This document shows positions 7,976 to 16,763 of a stretch of 64,000 bases of DNA, piece after piece. Source of the DNA: Limnochordia bacterium (GTDB lineage: Bacteria; Bacillota; Limnochordia; DTU080); assembly GCA_050951545.1 (NCBI GenBank), contig JBMNJG010000012.1, positions 96,001 to 160,000 on the forward strand, in the 5' to 3' direction. Every line of letters begins with the position of its first letter. The first letter of the stretch is position 1. Below the pieces are notes generated by a model, which worked only from the letters and a program-made list of their open reading frames with translations, made no database searches and was not told the origin of the DNA. The translations under genes were made by a program, and so were the position numbers.

Positions 7976-10039
7976 TCAGGGAATCGTAGTTACACCTGCA
8001 CCGCCAGTAGCTACCTGTAGCTCCTGGTCGTAGCGGTCTTTCACCACAGCCTTGTCAACGTGTAATGTGGAACTCCCAGGAGCGATGGCCTCAAAGCGTA
8101 GCAGAGCCACACTGCCCGAAAGAATGGGTTCGACCGGCGCATCAGCACGGTGCCCACTTACGACTACGCGAGCCAAGGGCTTGGATATATCTACCCAGAC
8201 CTTCGGACGATCCCAACCCAGGTACTCTCTGTGCTTTGTGACGAACAAGGTGCCGCGATCAACACCTAGCGGTCCACCCAACAGTCGTAGTCGCGTCGGA
8301 TCGTAGGTCACCTCGACGTCGACTCTATGCGCCGCTCTCAAGTTAGCGGCCCATACGCTTGCTACAAAGGTCTCACCTACGACCAGAGGCCCCGGACCAC
8401 GTCCGGCCAGCCTCTCCACCGTGATACCAACCCCGCTCTCCAGTGGGGGGACCCTAAGCAGGCCACTTGCACTTACGGCTGAACTCTGGGCTGGCCATGA
8501 TGCTCTGAGTGTGAAGGGGAGATCGCCAGCTTCACCAGTGGGAGCGATGTGCCAACGTACCGCATAGCTCTCGCCTGGATCAAGGAAACCAATCGTGCGT
8601 GTTGGGGTATCTCCACTGGCCATCTGCAGGCCGCGACTAGACGACCACTCCGCCTGAACCCCACTCGCTGCAGCCTGTCCTACGTTAGATACCGTCGCTT
8701 CGATGGCATAGGGTACTGGGTGCCATTGGTTATCAACTACCGAGAGCCGGGCTTGTGGCTGCTTAAGGGTGACACGCAGGCGCGCAGGCGAGACCACGTT
8801 GATTTGTCTACTGACTGTATTGGGTTCTGCGTTCATGGCAGTGACGCCTACACTTAACGTGAGTTTTCCTGCACCTTCGAGAGCTTGGACTCTCCAGCTC
8901 ACTTGCGCCGTCTCACCCACTCGCAGATTAGGCAAGGATCGTGTTGCCTGCTGGCCTGGCACCAGCTTGAGCCCTTTAGGCAAGCTGATGGTCGCTTCGA
9001 GATCACGGGTCTCGCCGCTACCTCCATTCTGCACGTAGGCCACTACTGGGAAGCTGTCCCCAGTGTCGCCGCCAATCACGGTTGCCGGGCACGTCACACC
9101 CAGTTGGAGTTGCCCAGGGGCTATTGTGATACCACCGAGGCCGTAGTAGATCACATAGGTGCGTCGCTCACCAGCAGCCATGACAGTGGGCTCCCATACA
9201 AGAGCCATGGCACTATCAAGCTCAAACCCGCCAATGCGGGTGAAATCACGTCCCGGCTGAAAATCAACCTCCCAGGGATGCTCGGTCAGAGTACCCCAGT
9301 TGGTGAAGTAGACCTTATCGGGTTGAGTCACTTCGCCGCCCCATAGGGTTCCTTGAGCCGTCACTTTCGGGTCTTCTAGGGAGTCAAATGCCTGCCAAAA
9401 TTCAGGAATGGTTCTGCCCGAGAAAACCGTATCTGTCGTGACAGCTTGCTCGCCAACACGGAATGGAGCACCATCGTTGTCTCCCAGCATGGTGTCCAGT
9501 GTAACGCGCATCCCTACATGATGCTGTTGCGAGTCACTATTCCAGAGCTCGTAGCAGATCCTCGCCGTATCCATCAGGCCCGTTGTACTAGATCGGACGA
9601 AGCTGACACTCTGGCTGACCCTGAGAGGCCCCATCTGCCAGGCACTCTCGATTCTCCGATTCTCAACAAGGGCTGGCTGTCGGACGACGACCCCGCTGAA
9701 ACCACCAAAACCAGCGCTATCACGCGTGGGCCCGCCATAGACCCACGGTGTGCCGTCAACAGACACAGTCGTGAATGAAGTCCACGGGCCCTTGACATCC
9801 TCACGCTGGTAGATCAGGTACGTGTTGTCATCGGAAAGGCGATCGGGGTCACCGCCAGTGGTCTTGATTGCGAAGCGCCCTGCGTTTTCAGCGCGGCCAT
9901 TGACCGTCACAGCTATGTACTCGTTGCGCAATACTATGTCGGAGGCTTGGGCACGAGACGCATACACGGTCAGACTGAGCCCCACGCAGACGATTGCTAT
10001 GAGACAGGAAACCGTTCGGTACCAGTTTTGTGATGACAT
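7976..10039 (-). CDS. Secreted beta-rich protein: N-terminal beta domain, two Ig-like (NEW3/CARDB-like) repeats, C-terminal cohesin-like domain
   Basis: Signal peptide MSSQ...AQA; two V.N.G...L..GE...V.W repeats; VGETF...VTYDP...LRFEAIAPG; GGGAGG RBS before 10039. Confidence 0.7.
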   Translation of the reverse strand: MSSQNWYRTVSCLIAIVCVGLSLTVYASRAQASDIVLRNEYIAVTVNGRAENAGRFAIKTTGGDPDRLSDDNTYLIYQREDVKGPWTSFTTVSVDGTPWVYGGPTRDSAGFGGFSGVVVRQPALVENRRIESAWQMGPLRVSQSVSFVRSSTTGLMDTARICYELWNSDSQQHHVGMRVTLDTMLGDNDGAPFRVGEQAVTTDTVFSGRTIPEFWQAFDSLEDPKVTAQGTLWGGEVTQPDKVYFTNWGTLTEHPWEVDFQPGRDFTRIGGFELDSAMALVWEPTVMAAGERRTYVIYYGLGGITIAPGQLQLGVTCPATVIGGDTGDSFPVVAYVQNGGSGETRDLEATISLPKGLKLVPGQQATRSLPNLRVGETAQVSWRVQALEGAGKLTLSVGVTAMNAEPNTVSRQINVVSPARLRVTLKQPQARLSVVDNQWHPVPYAIEATVSNVGQAAASGVQAEWSSSRGLQMASGDTPTRTIGFLDPGESYAVRWHIAPTGEAGDLPFTLRASWPAQSSAVSASGLLRVPPLESGVGITVERLAGRGPGPLVVGETFVASVWAANLRAAHRVDVEVTYDPTRLRLLGGPLGVDRGTLFVTKHREYLGWDRPKVWVDISKPLARVVVSGHRADAPVEPILSGSVALLRFEAIAPGSSTLHVDKAVVKDRYDQELQVATGGAGVTTIP

Positions 10040-10152
10040 GACATTGGAGACCTCCCAACAGTCCTCTTTGCGCATACAGGTTACGCCCGCGCCTAACGGA
10101 CCCATATCACCCTGGTTGGCTACGCATATGTGCACAGGCCGGGGCTCAGAGT

Positions 10153-10944
10153 TCAAGGCTGGACAAAGCGCACTCGGTCGCCCAGCGGGCTAAGCGTAAC
10201 CCTTTTCGTCTCGGGATGCACCAGCACTTCGATCGTTACCTGGTATGGGCTCGATGCTGGGGCAAACGTAAGCTGCCTGGCAGCAGTCTGTGTTACCCAT
10301 AGATCGAGTTGTGAATGCCCACTGGGCGTAAGGAGCTTCGGATTCACTGCCCGACCCTCAGTGGTAACAGTGACTTCCACTCTTGCTCGCAGTTCGGCTG
10401 CAAGCAAGGCAGCCTCTTTTGCTGGATAGTGACGCAGAAGGCCATGCCCACTTACTACATCACCAACTAGAGGAGGAGCTGGTGGTTCAGGCTCTTTTTC
10501 CTGAACCTCTCGTGCCTCAATCTCAGGCTTGTTCGCAGGCTCTTGAACAGCAGGCTTGGCGGTTGAGACTTCAGGCACCTGCTGAGGGCTCGAGGTTTCT
10601 GTAAGGATGCGGTCTGTGGCGGCCTTCCCCGTGTTCTGACGCGGTACCGTTACGGGAGCCGGGGGGAGCGCAACAGGCTTTGGTTGGCTAGGTGCTTCAA
10701 CCTTCTTGACGGGCGCTGGCTTCTTGACAGGCTCGGGGCGCGGGGCAGGTGCTTTTTTGAGTGCCACGTTCTGGAGAGGGATGATGGTCACCTCAACCGA
10801 GTTGCCGAGTGCAAGAGTTGCATTTGCGGGTTGCAGCCCGAATCCCGGAACTAGGAACACAATAAGGGTGTGCAAGAGTGTGGAGATGAGCAGGAATGCT
10901 GCAGAACGTCGGTTGTTGGTTTTGGTAGCGTACACCCGCTTCAC
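10153..10944 (-). CDS. tonB: TonB/TolA-family energy transducer
   Basis: N-terminal TM helix with S-x3-H (STLLH), Pro/Lys-rich linker, C-terminal YP...V.V...G.....SG...LD TonB_C pattern. Confidence 0.75.
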   Translation of the reverse strand: MKRVYATKTNNRRSAAFLLISTLLHTLIVFLVPGFGLQPANATLALGNSVEVTIIPLQNVALKKAPAPRPEPVKKPAPVKKVEAPSQPKPVALPPAPVTVPRQNTGKAATDRILTETSSPQQVPEVSTAKPAVQEPANKPEIEAREVQEKEPEPPAPPLVGDVVSGHGLLRHYPAKEAALLAAELRARVEVTVTTEGRAVNPKLLTPSGHSQLDLWVTQTAARQLTFAPASSPYQVTIEVLVHPETKRVTLSPLGDRVRFVQP

Positions 10945-10991
10945 CTCACTTTCCGGCAGGCCGTCTTTGGTCAGCTACGGGTGTCAACGCA

Positions 10992-11414
10992 CTACTGCGT
11001 CTTGGCAGACGGAAGCTGCACTGCCAGGCGCAGATTGTGTATTCCAGCCGCCCGTACGGCATCAATGGCCGTAACCACGCTCTCATATCTAGTGGACTCA
11101 TCGGCCCGAATCGTTACCGTGAGGTTAGGGTCACTGGCCAAATAGTTTCCCGCGATACGCGTGATATCCGCGGGAAGTGCAACCTGACCTGCTGCGTACA
11201 TACGCCCTTGCGCGTCGATCGTCACAATGAGATCGCGTGCAGCTTGGGTGACTGCGGTGGTAGCGCGGGGCAAAATGACGCTGATCCCGGCCGGTGTAGA
11301 GCGAAACGTGGTAAAGAGCATAAAGTAGAACAGAAGTATGGTGAAAATGTCAAGTAGAGAGATCACCTGCACGAATGGCCGACGGTTATTCCGTCTACTT
11401 ATCACCATCATCAT
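10992..11414 (-). CDS. exbD: Biopolymer transport protein ExbD/TolR
   Basis: SLLDIFTILLFYFML TM helix with conserved Asp; LP, IRAD..RY..VV..ID. Confidence 0.9.
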   Translation of the reverse strand: MMMVISRRNNRRPFVQVISLLDIFTILLFYFMLFTTFRSTPAGISVILPRATTAVTQAARDLIVTIDAQGRMYAAGQVALPADITRIAGNYLASDPNLTVTIRADESTRYESVVTAIDAVRAAGIHNLRLAVQLPSAKTQ

Positions 11415-12034
11415 GCTTCACCCCGGGCTTCGGAGACGATATCCATCACCAGATTGCCCGCTCGGTTCATTTCCTGCACTCGGCGGTCCACGATCGAGCT
11501 GAACCAATCGAAAACGGCGGCAGAAGGAATAGCGATGGTCAGCCCGACGGCCGTCGTGATAAGTGCTTCCGCAATGCCTGCACTGAGTGCACTGGGGCCT
11601 TCTATGCCCTGCAAAGCAGAAAGAACCCGAAATGAGCGGATGATACCAAAAACAGTGCCTAGCAGGCCAAGAAGGGGTGAAATGGTCGTTATGGTTCCCA
11701 GAACAGGAAGGCTTCTCTCCATCTGTTGAATCTCTGCTCGGCCAGCCAGCTCGAGGTGGGCACGCATCTGATCTCTGCCCTTGTCTGCGTAGGCGATACC
11801 TGCAGAAAGAAGCCCGGCAAACGGACCGGGGGCCTGTTTGGCAATTTGGAGTGCCTCAAGGTAGTTACCGTGCGTCAGTGGATCGCGTAGAGCGGCGATT
11901 ACCACGTCTGCGTCCGATCGGGTGCGCCAGTAATACCAACCTCGTTCAAGAAAAATCGCCAAGGCCACCACCGAGCATAGACCTAGCGGTATCATGACCG
12001 GACCGCCCTTTGCCAGCGTTTCCAGCATCCGCAA
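11411..12034 (-). CDS. exbB: MotA/TolQ/ExbB proton channel
   Basis: GGPVM, PLLGLLGTVFGII, GIAEALITTAVGL; ATGA overlap with exbD. Confidence 0.92.
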   Translation of the reverse strand: MRMLETLAKGGPVMIPLGLCSVVALAIFLERGWYYWRTRSDADVVIAALRDPLTHGNYLEALQIAKQAPGPFAGLLSAGIAYADKGRDQMRAHLELAGRAEIQQMERSLPVLGTITTISPLLGLLGTVFGIIRSFRVLSALQGIEGPSALSAGIAEALITTAVGLTIAIPSAAVFDWFSSIVDRRVQEMNRAGNLVMDIVSEARGEA

Positions 12035-12109
12035 TCAACCTCCGACTCAAATGCGCATTACGCTTGAGCACAAGCGTCTTACCATTCTTTAGGATCCTAT
12101 AGGTCCAGG

Positions 12110-12136
12110 CTTCGACGCAAATGCGTCAACTCCTGT
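12110..12136 (-). promoter_or_regulatory. Candidate sigma-H-like promoter of the exbB operon
   Basis: ACAGGA-N17-GAAG compared with the sigma-H AGGA-N17-GAAT pattern. Confidence 0.4.
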
Positions 12137-12196
12137 CAGACTGTAGTCCCATCCTTTGCGGGCGGAAGCGAGAACCTAGGCAAGTCGGGGCTGAAC

Positions 12197-12931
12197 CTAT
12201 AGAACCTTGTCGAGAAAAAGGCGTGTTCGTTCTTCTCGTGGCTGCGAAAAGAGTTTCGCGGGTGTGCCCCGCTCCACGATACGGCCCTCATCCATGAAAA
12301 GAACTCGATCGGCGACCTCGCGGGCGAACCCCATCTCGTGGGTTGCAACGAGCATAGTCATCCCTTCGGCGGCGAGGGCGATCATGACATCAAGGACTTC
12401 CTTAATCATCTCCGGGTCTAACGCTGAGGTAGGCTCATCAAAAAGCATGATCTTGGGTTCCATCGCCATCGCTCGAGCGATGGCTACGCGCTGCTGTTGT
12501 CCGCCTGATAAGGCGGCTGGATACGAAGACGATTTCTCCGGAATACCGACCTTGCGCAGCAACTCGTGAGCCTTGTTTTTGGCTTCTTCTTCACTTACTT
12601 TCTTGACCTTGATCGGGGCCAAAGTAATGTTCTCTAGAACCGTCATGTGCGGGTAGAGGTTGAACTGTTGGAAGACCATGCCTATTTGCGAGCGCACTAC
12701 GGTGATCGGCGTCCGCGGATCGGAGACGTCGAAGCCATCTACGATCACTTGCCCTGACTGGATTTCTTCCAAACGATTGATGCATCGCAACAACGTGCTC
12801 TTGCCTGAGCCACTAGGGCCTATGACAACAACAACTTCTCCCTTGCCAACGCTTTCGTTTATGTCTCGTAACACGTGGAGCTTGCCGAAGAACTTTTCAA
12901 CACCGATCAACTGAATGATAGGGGTAGACAA
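12197..12931 (-). CDS. glnQ: Polar amino acid ABC transporter ATP-binding protein (GlnQ-like)
   Basis: [40 protein letters not shown]; TTG start with GGAGG RBS. Confidence 0.9.
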   Translation of the reverse strand: MSTPIIQLIGVEKFFGKLHVLRDINESVGKGEVVVVIGPSGSGKSTLLRCINRLEEIQSGQVIVDGFDVSDPRTPITVVRSQIGMVFQQFNLYPHMTVLENITLAPIKVKKVSEEEAKNKAHELLRKVGIPEKSSSYPAALSGGQQQRVAIARAMAMEPKIMLFDEPTSALDPEMIKEVLDVMIALAAEGMTMLVATHEMGFAREVADRVLFMDEGRIVERGTPAKLFSQPREERTRLFLDKVL

Positions 12932-13039
12932 TGGATTCGCCGCCTCCAGACCAACAGGGATCAAAGACACTCTACGACGAAATTGTGCACGATCCTGCTT
13001 CGGCAGCAAAGAGTTCGATTCGCCGCCGCAAAACCACGG

Positions 13040-13068
13040 AAAAAGACGGCGCCCAGGAGGACACCGTC
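13040..13068 (-). terminator. Intrinsic terminator after the GNAT gene
   Basis: GACGGTGTCC-TCCT-GGGCGCCGTC-TTTTT. Confidence 0.75.
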
Positions 13069-13094
13069 AGCGAGATCAAGCGCCATAAAGCGAC

Positions 13095-13652
13095 TCAGGC
13101 AGTTTTTGTCTCGCGTTCAGCGGAGTGAGTCCGCAGGAAACCATCACGTCGGATACTCATGAGAAAAGTCTCTCGCATCTGTCCGTCGGCAGATCGTCGA
13201 TTCAGACGGCCTTCTTTATGGAAGCCTGCCTTTTCGTAACAGCGGATAGCGCGGAGATTAGAGGCGAAGACACGTAGGTAGATGCAAGAGAGAGTCATGC
13301 TTCCAAACGCGTGTCGAAGAAACGTAACGATAGCATCAGTGCCATAGCCTTGATCCCACAGATGATGCTCACCGATGCGGATGCGTAGTTCACCGTCACC
13401 GCTCCGCCACGTAATGTGGTCTAGCTGGATATCACCGATAAGCTTGTTATCGTGCAGTGACACGATGGCGTAGTGCTGGGCGTGGCGATCGCTTCTGATT
13501 TTCTGTAGCCAAGCGTCACATTCCTCAAGGGTGGCTGGAAAGTCGCCCTCGAGGTAGCGATTCACCACTTCGTCGCGGCCCCAGGTTACCATCTGTGGAA
13601 AGTCATCAGGCGTCGCCAAGCGTAGGCGGACTTTTTCGCCGGACATCAACAT
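13095..13652 (-). CDS. GNAT (RimJ/RimL-like) N-acetyltransferase
   Basis: IG...WDQGYGT, N.RAIRCYEKAGF..EG. Confidence 0.88.
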   Translation of the reverse strand: MLMSGEKVRLRLATPDDFPQMVTWGRDEVVNRYLEGDFPATLEECDAWLQKIRSDRHAQHYAIVSLHDNKLIGDIQLDHITWRSGDGELRIRIGEHHLWDQGYGTDAIVTFLRHAFGSMTLSCIYLRVFASNLRAIRCYEKAGFHKEGRLNRRSADGQMRETFLMSIRRDGFLRTHSAERETKTA

Positions 13653-13810
13653 GGTTGAGCCATCTCCTCCAATGTAGGTAGTAAATGATCATGGGAGTGT
13701 CGTGTGCTATGGATGTGTGCCGCGCGATCTAGGTCCCCCATGCCCAGGGTATTCTTGATTAGCAACCAAGCGCCTCTCGTTAGATGTTGCCAACTAAGTC
13801 AGCCCTAGGA

Positions 13811-14572
13811 CTATGATGCCAGCATGGCGCGCATCTTGCGCAGGACGCGTTGCTCCAGACGCGATATCTGAGGTTGTGAAAGACACAGAGCCTTGGCGAC
13901 ATCAGCTTGCCTCATGTTCTGAAAAAAGCGCAGCGTTACCAGGGTTCGCTCATCTTCACTGAGACTGGTAAGCACTTGCTGCAGAGCCAGATTATCAATG
14001 AGGTGTGGGACTCCTTCATCCGCACCGATTTGGTCCTGCAGGAGAATGGGCTCGCCTTCGTTCTGGTGAATGACCTCCTCTAAGGAGGTGGGGGCCGATG
14101 CTGCCTCTAGTGCAGTGATGACGTCTTCGCGCTCCATGCTGAGCCAGTGCGCGATTTCGCCAGTGGTCGGAGATCGTTCTAGCTCGTGCGTGAGCCGTTC
14201 CCTTGCTTGGGCGACAGCCCACACCTTCTCCTGAAGTGATCGCCCAAGCTTCAAAGGTTGGTCTTGTTGCAGATAGCGACGGATCTCTCCCAGAATGCGG
14301 GGCACTGCATATGTCGAAAAACGCACATCAAAGGATAGGTCGAAGTGATCGATGGCTTTCATCAGACCTAGACAGGCTACCTGGAACAAGTCTTCCGGGT
14401 CTGCACTACGTCCTTTGAAACGGCGTACGATGCTTCGCGCTAGGCGCATGTTGGCATAGACAAGCGTTTCACGCGCATGTGTATCGCCCATTTGAGCTGC
14501 GTGAAGTAGCCGACGCGTCTCTTCAGGCGACAGGTTTGCAGCAGGGAGTTCAGTTGGGCCCGAATACTCCAC
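13811..14572 (-). CDS. sigF: Forespore sigma factor F
   Basis: EDLFQV..GL.KAID.FD, FSTYAVP.I.GEIRRYL, C-terminal HTH; third gene of the spoIIA operon. Confidence 0.88.
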   Translation of the reverse strand: MEYSGPTELPAANLSPEETRRLLHAAQMGDTHARETLVYANMRLARSIVRRFKGRSADPEDLFQVACLGLMKAIDHFDLSFDVRFSTYAVPRILGEIRRYLQQDQPLKLGRSLQEKVWAVAQARERLTHELERSPTTGEIAHWLSMEREDVITALEAASAPTSLEEVIHQNEGEPILLQDQIGADEGVPHLIDNLALQQVLTSLSEDERTLVTLRFFQNMRQADVAKALCLSQPQISRLEQRVLRKMRAMLAS

Positions 14573-14586
14573 TGGCGACTCCCCCG

Positions 14587-15024
14587 TCAGTGCTCCACCC
14601 TAAGCGCCAGGTTCTTGGTCATTACTACCCGGGTGCCAGCGCCAGGGGTGGAGTCAATCGTGAGCTCGTCCACGTACTCCTTGATGAACACAAACCCTAG
14701 TCCCATCCGGTCGGCAGCGGTTGTAGAACCGGCCTCCATGGCCCACTGGATGTCTTGAATGCCAGGCCCATCGTCGCTCACTGTGATTGTAAGGGCGTCG
14801 TCATACAACCGCACCTCAAGATAGACCATACTAGACTCGTTTCTCTTACCGTGGATCACTGCATTGGAGACGGCCTCCGACACCGCAATCTTGATCTCAT
14901 CAATCTGATCCACAGTGAACTCCATCTGGGAGGCGAAGATGGCCACGGCTGTTCGTGAAAAGCTGACATTGGCGGCGAGGCTCGAAAACTCCAGCTTCAT
15001 GACATTGAGCGGTTGCTTCTCCAC
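14587..15024 (-). CDS. spoIIAB: Anti-sigma F factor / kinase SpoIIAB
   Basis: EIKIAVSEAVSNAVIHG, D.G.GI, GLGF, GTRVVM; start chosen by RBS. Confidence 0.92.
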   Translation of the reverse strand: MEKQPLNVMKLEFSSLAANVSFSRTAVAIFASQMEFTVDQIDEIKIAVSEAVSNAVIHGKRNESSMVYLEVRLYDDALTITVSDDGPGIQDIQWAMEAGSTTAADRMGLGFVFIKEYVDELTIDSTPGAGTRVVMTKNLALRVEH

Positions 15025-15038
15025 TACTTGCACCCCCC

Positions 15039-15374
15039 CTAAAGGCATTCCAGAGCTGATTGCTCTGTTTCAGCCGTCTCCACGACGCGCAGAACACCAG
15101 ACATTTCCATCAGGCGTCTTACAGAAGGCCGTAGCCCCGCGGCCACTACTTTCCCCCGACGCGCTTGGATCAGTCGGTACCTTCCCAGAATCGCTCCGAT
15201 GCCGGAGCTGTCAATGAATGTAACGTTCTTGAGCGCCAGAACTAGGTTGGTACAGCCGTCCTTGGCCAGTTCGACGTCTACAGCCTGGCGGAAGGCTTCA
15301 GCTGTGAACAAGTCGAGCTCTCCAGAGAGACGCACTACCAGACTGGCCCCAACCCTCCGTGTTTGGACCTTCAA
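15039..15374 (-). CDS. spoIIAA: Anti-anti-sigma F factor SpoIIAA
   Basis: STAS domain: GELD, FIDSSGIGAILGRY. Confidence 0.92.
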   Translation of the reverse strand: MKVQTRRVGASLVVRLSGELDLFTAEAFRQAVDVELAKDGCTNLVLALKNVTFIDSSGIGAILGRYRLIQARRGKVVAAGLRPSVRRLMEMSGVLRVVETAETEQSALECL

Positions 15375-15424
15375 TCTGTCTCCTCCGCTCGCGTTGCCAC
15401 GTCATGTGACATCCTTGCCGCAAC

Positions 15425-15476
15425 GTTCGCTCTTGCCACGCATGACCCTGCAAGGAAAGTCGGAGGAAAGTCAAAA
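15425..15476 (-). promoter_or_regulatory. Candidate sigma-H promoter with degenerate Spo0A boxes for spoIIA
   Basis: GCAGGG-N17-GAAC preceded by TTTGACT and TCCGACT (0A-box-like); spoIIA is sigma-H/Spo0A dependent in B. subtilis. Confidence 0.45.
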
Positions 15477-15485
15477 TTGGTGGCG

Positions 15486-16673
15486 TTAGTGCCTGTTGCT
15501 GTTCTGACCTCCAGTGATCTGCCTTACGGTACGCAGCATTATCTGGAGCAAGGATCCCCGTGCAACACTCTCCAAGGCAATCAAGTCGGTGCGGGTCACC
15601 TCTTTACCGTTGAGCTTCACAATCAGTTCGGCTACGGCCTGGCCCTTGCCTATTGGGGCGTTGATTCGTTTTGGTACGGTGATCTCGGTCTGTACTTCTG
15701 CTTCTTCAGTACGTCCGACTGTAAGAATGACATCACGGACGGGACCGACGGCCACCTTCTGCACCTGCCCCTTCGAGACTGGTATCGCACCCACTTCTTC
15801 GCCATGCTTTGCCACCATCACTGCCCGAAGTTGAGCGAAGCCGTGGTCGAGTAGTCGAGCAATGTCTTGATTTCGTTCTTTGCTGGTTGGGGCATTCATC
15901 GTCACCGCAATGAGCCGCAGACTGTCTCGTTCAGCCGTGGCAGCCAAGCAGAAGCCAGCTTCGTTGGTCATCCCAGTTTTGATGCCATCCATGCCAGGGT
16001 ACTGCTTCATCATCTTGTTGAGTGACCACAGCTCGGGTTGCCGTTTCCCTTCGGGACGCATTACCACAGGTCCCCAGGTAGCGACGAGTTCTCGAAACAC
16101 GGGAAGGTCGAGGGCATAACGCGAAAGCACTGCCAGATCATAAGCTGAGGAGACGTGGCGTTGGCCGGGAAATGGCAGGCCACTAGGATTGGCGAAGTGG
16201 GTGTTCTTCATGCCTAGGGCCTTGGCTCTAGCATTCATGAGCGCCACGAATGCAGGCTCGGAGCCTGCCAGAAACTCGCCTACAGCAACGGCAGCGTCGT
16301 TGGCAGACCCTACAGCAATGGCATAGAGCAGCTCCTCAAAAGGCCGCTTTTCTCCTGTCTCCAGCCATATCTGGGTACCGCCCATGCTTGCGGCTAGTTC
16401 GCTGGTGGGAACGCTGGCATTCAAGGCTACCTTCCCATCTCTCAGGGCTTCTAGGGCCAGAGACAGGGTCATCACCTTGGTCACACTTGCCGGAGGTAGG
16501 GGCTCATGTGCATTCTTTTCATACAGCACACGGCCAGTATGGTAGTCCATCAGGACTGCGGCGGCCGATGTGAGCGTCAATTTCGGGTCAGAGGTAACCG
16601 CAGCTTGGGAAACGCTGAAGCAAAGGCACGTAAGAAGCAGACCTATCACAAGAGGGGTCCGCATACTTACCAT
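15486..16673 (-). CDS. dacF: D-alanyl-D-alanine carboxypeptidase DacF
   Basis: PASVTK, SAN, KTG motifs; signal peptide; directly upstream of spoIIAA. Confidence 0.9.
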   Translation of the reverse strand: MVSMRTPLVIGLLLTCLCFSVSQAAVTSDPKLTLTSAAAVLMDYHTGRVLYEKNAHEPLPPASVTKVMTLSLALEALRDGKVALNASVPTSELAASMGGTQIWLETGEKRPFEELLYAIAVGSANDAAVAVGEFLAGSEPAFVALMNARAKALGMKNTHFANPSGLPFPGQRHVSSAYDLAVLSRYALDLPVFRELVATWGPVVMRPEGKRQPELWSLNKMMKQYPGMDGIKTGMTNEAGFCLAATAERDSLRLIAVTMNAPTSKERNQDIARLLDHGFAQLRAVMVAKHGEEVGAIPVSKGQVQKVAVGPVRDVILTVGRTEEAEVQTEITVPKRINAPIGKGQAVAELIVKLNGKEVTRTDLIALESVARGSLLQIMLRTVRQITGGQNSNRH

Positions 16674-16721
16674 AGCGTTGGCCTCCTTTTGTCGGTTGTG
16701 CGAAGAGAAGTGCTCGGAGAA

Positions 16722-16750
16722 ATGCTATGCGACAAAAGTGCGGCCTATGA
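16722..16750 (-). promoter_or_regulatory. Sigma-E-like promoter upstream of dacF
   Basis: TCATA-N16-CATAGCAT. Confidence 0.5.
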
Positions 16751-16763
16751 TTTCGCCTCTTGT

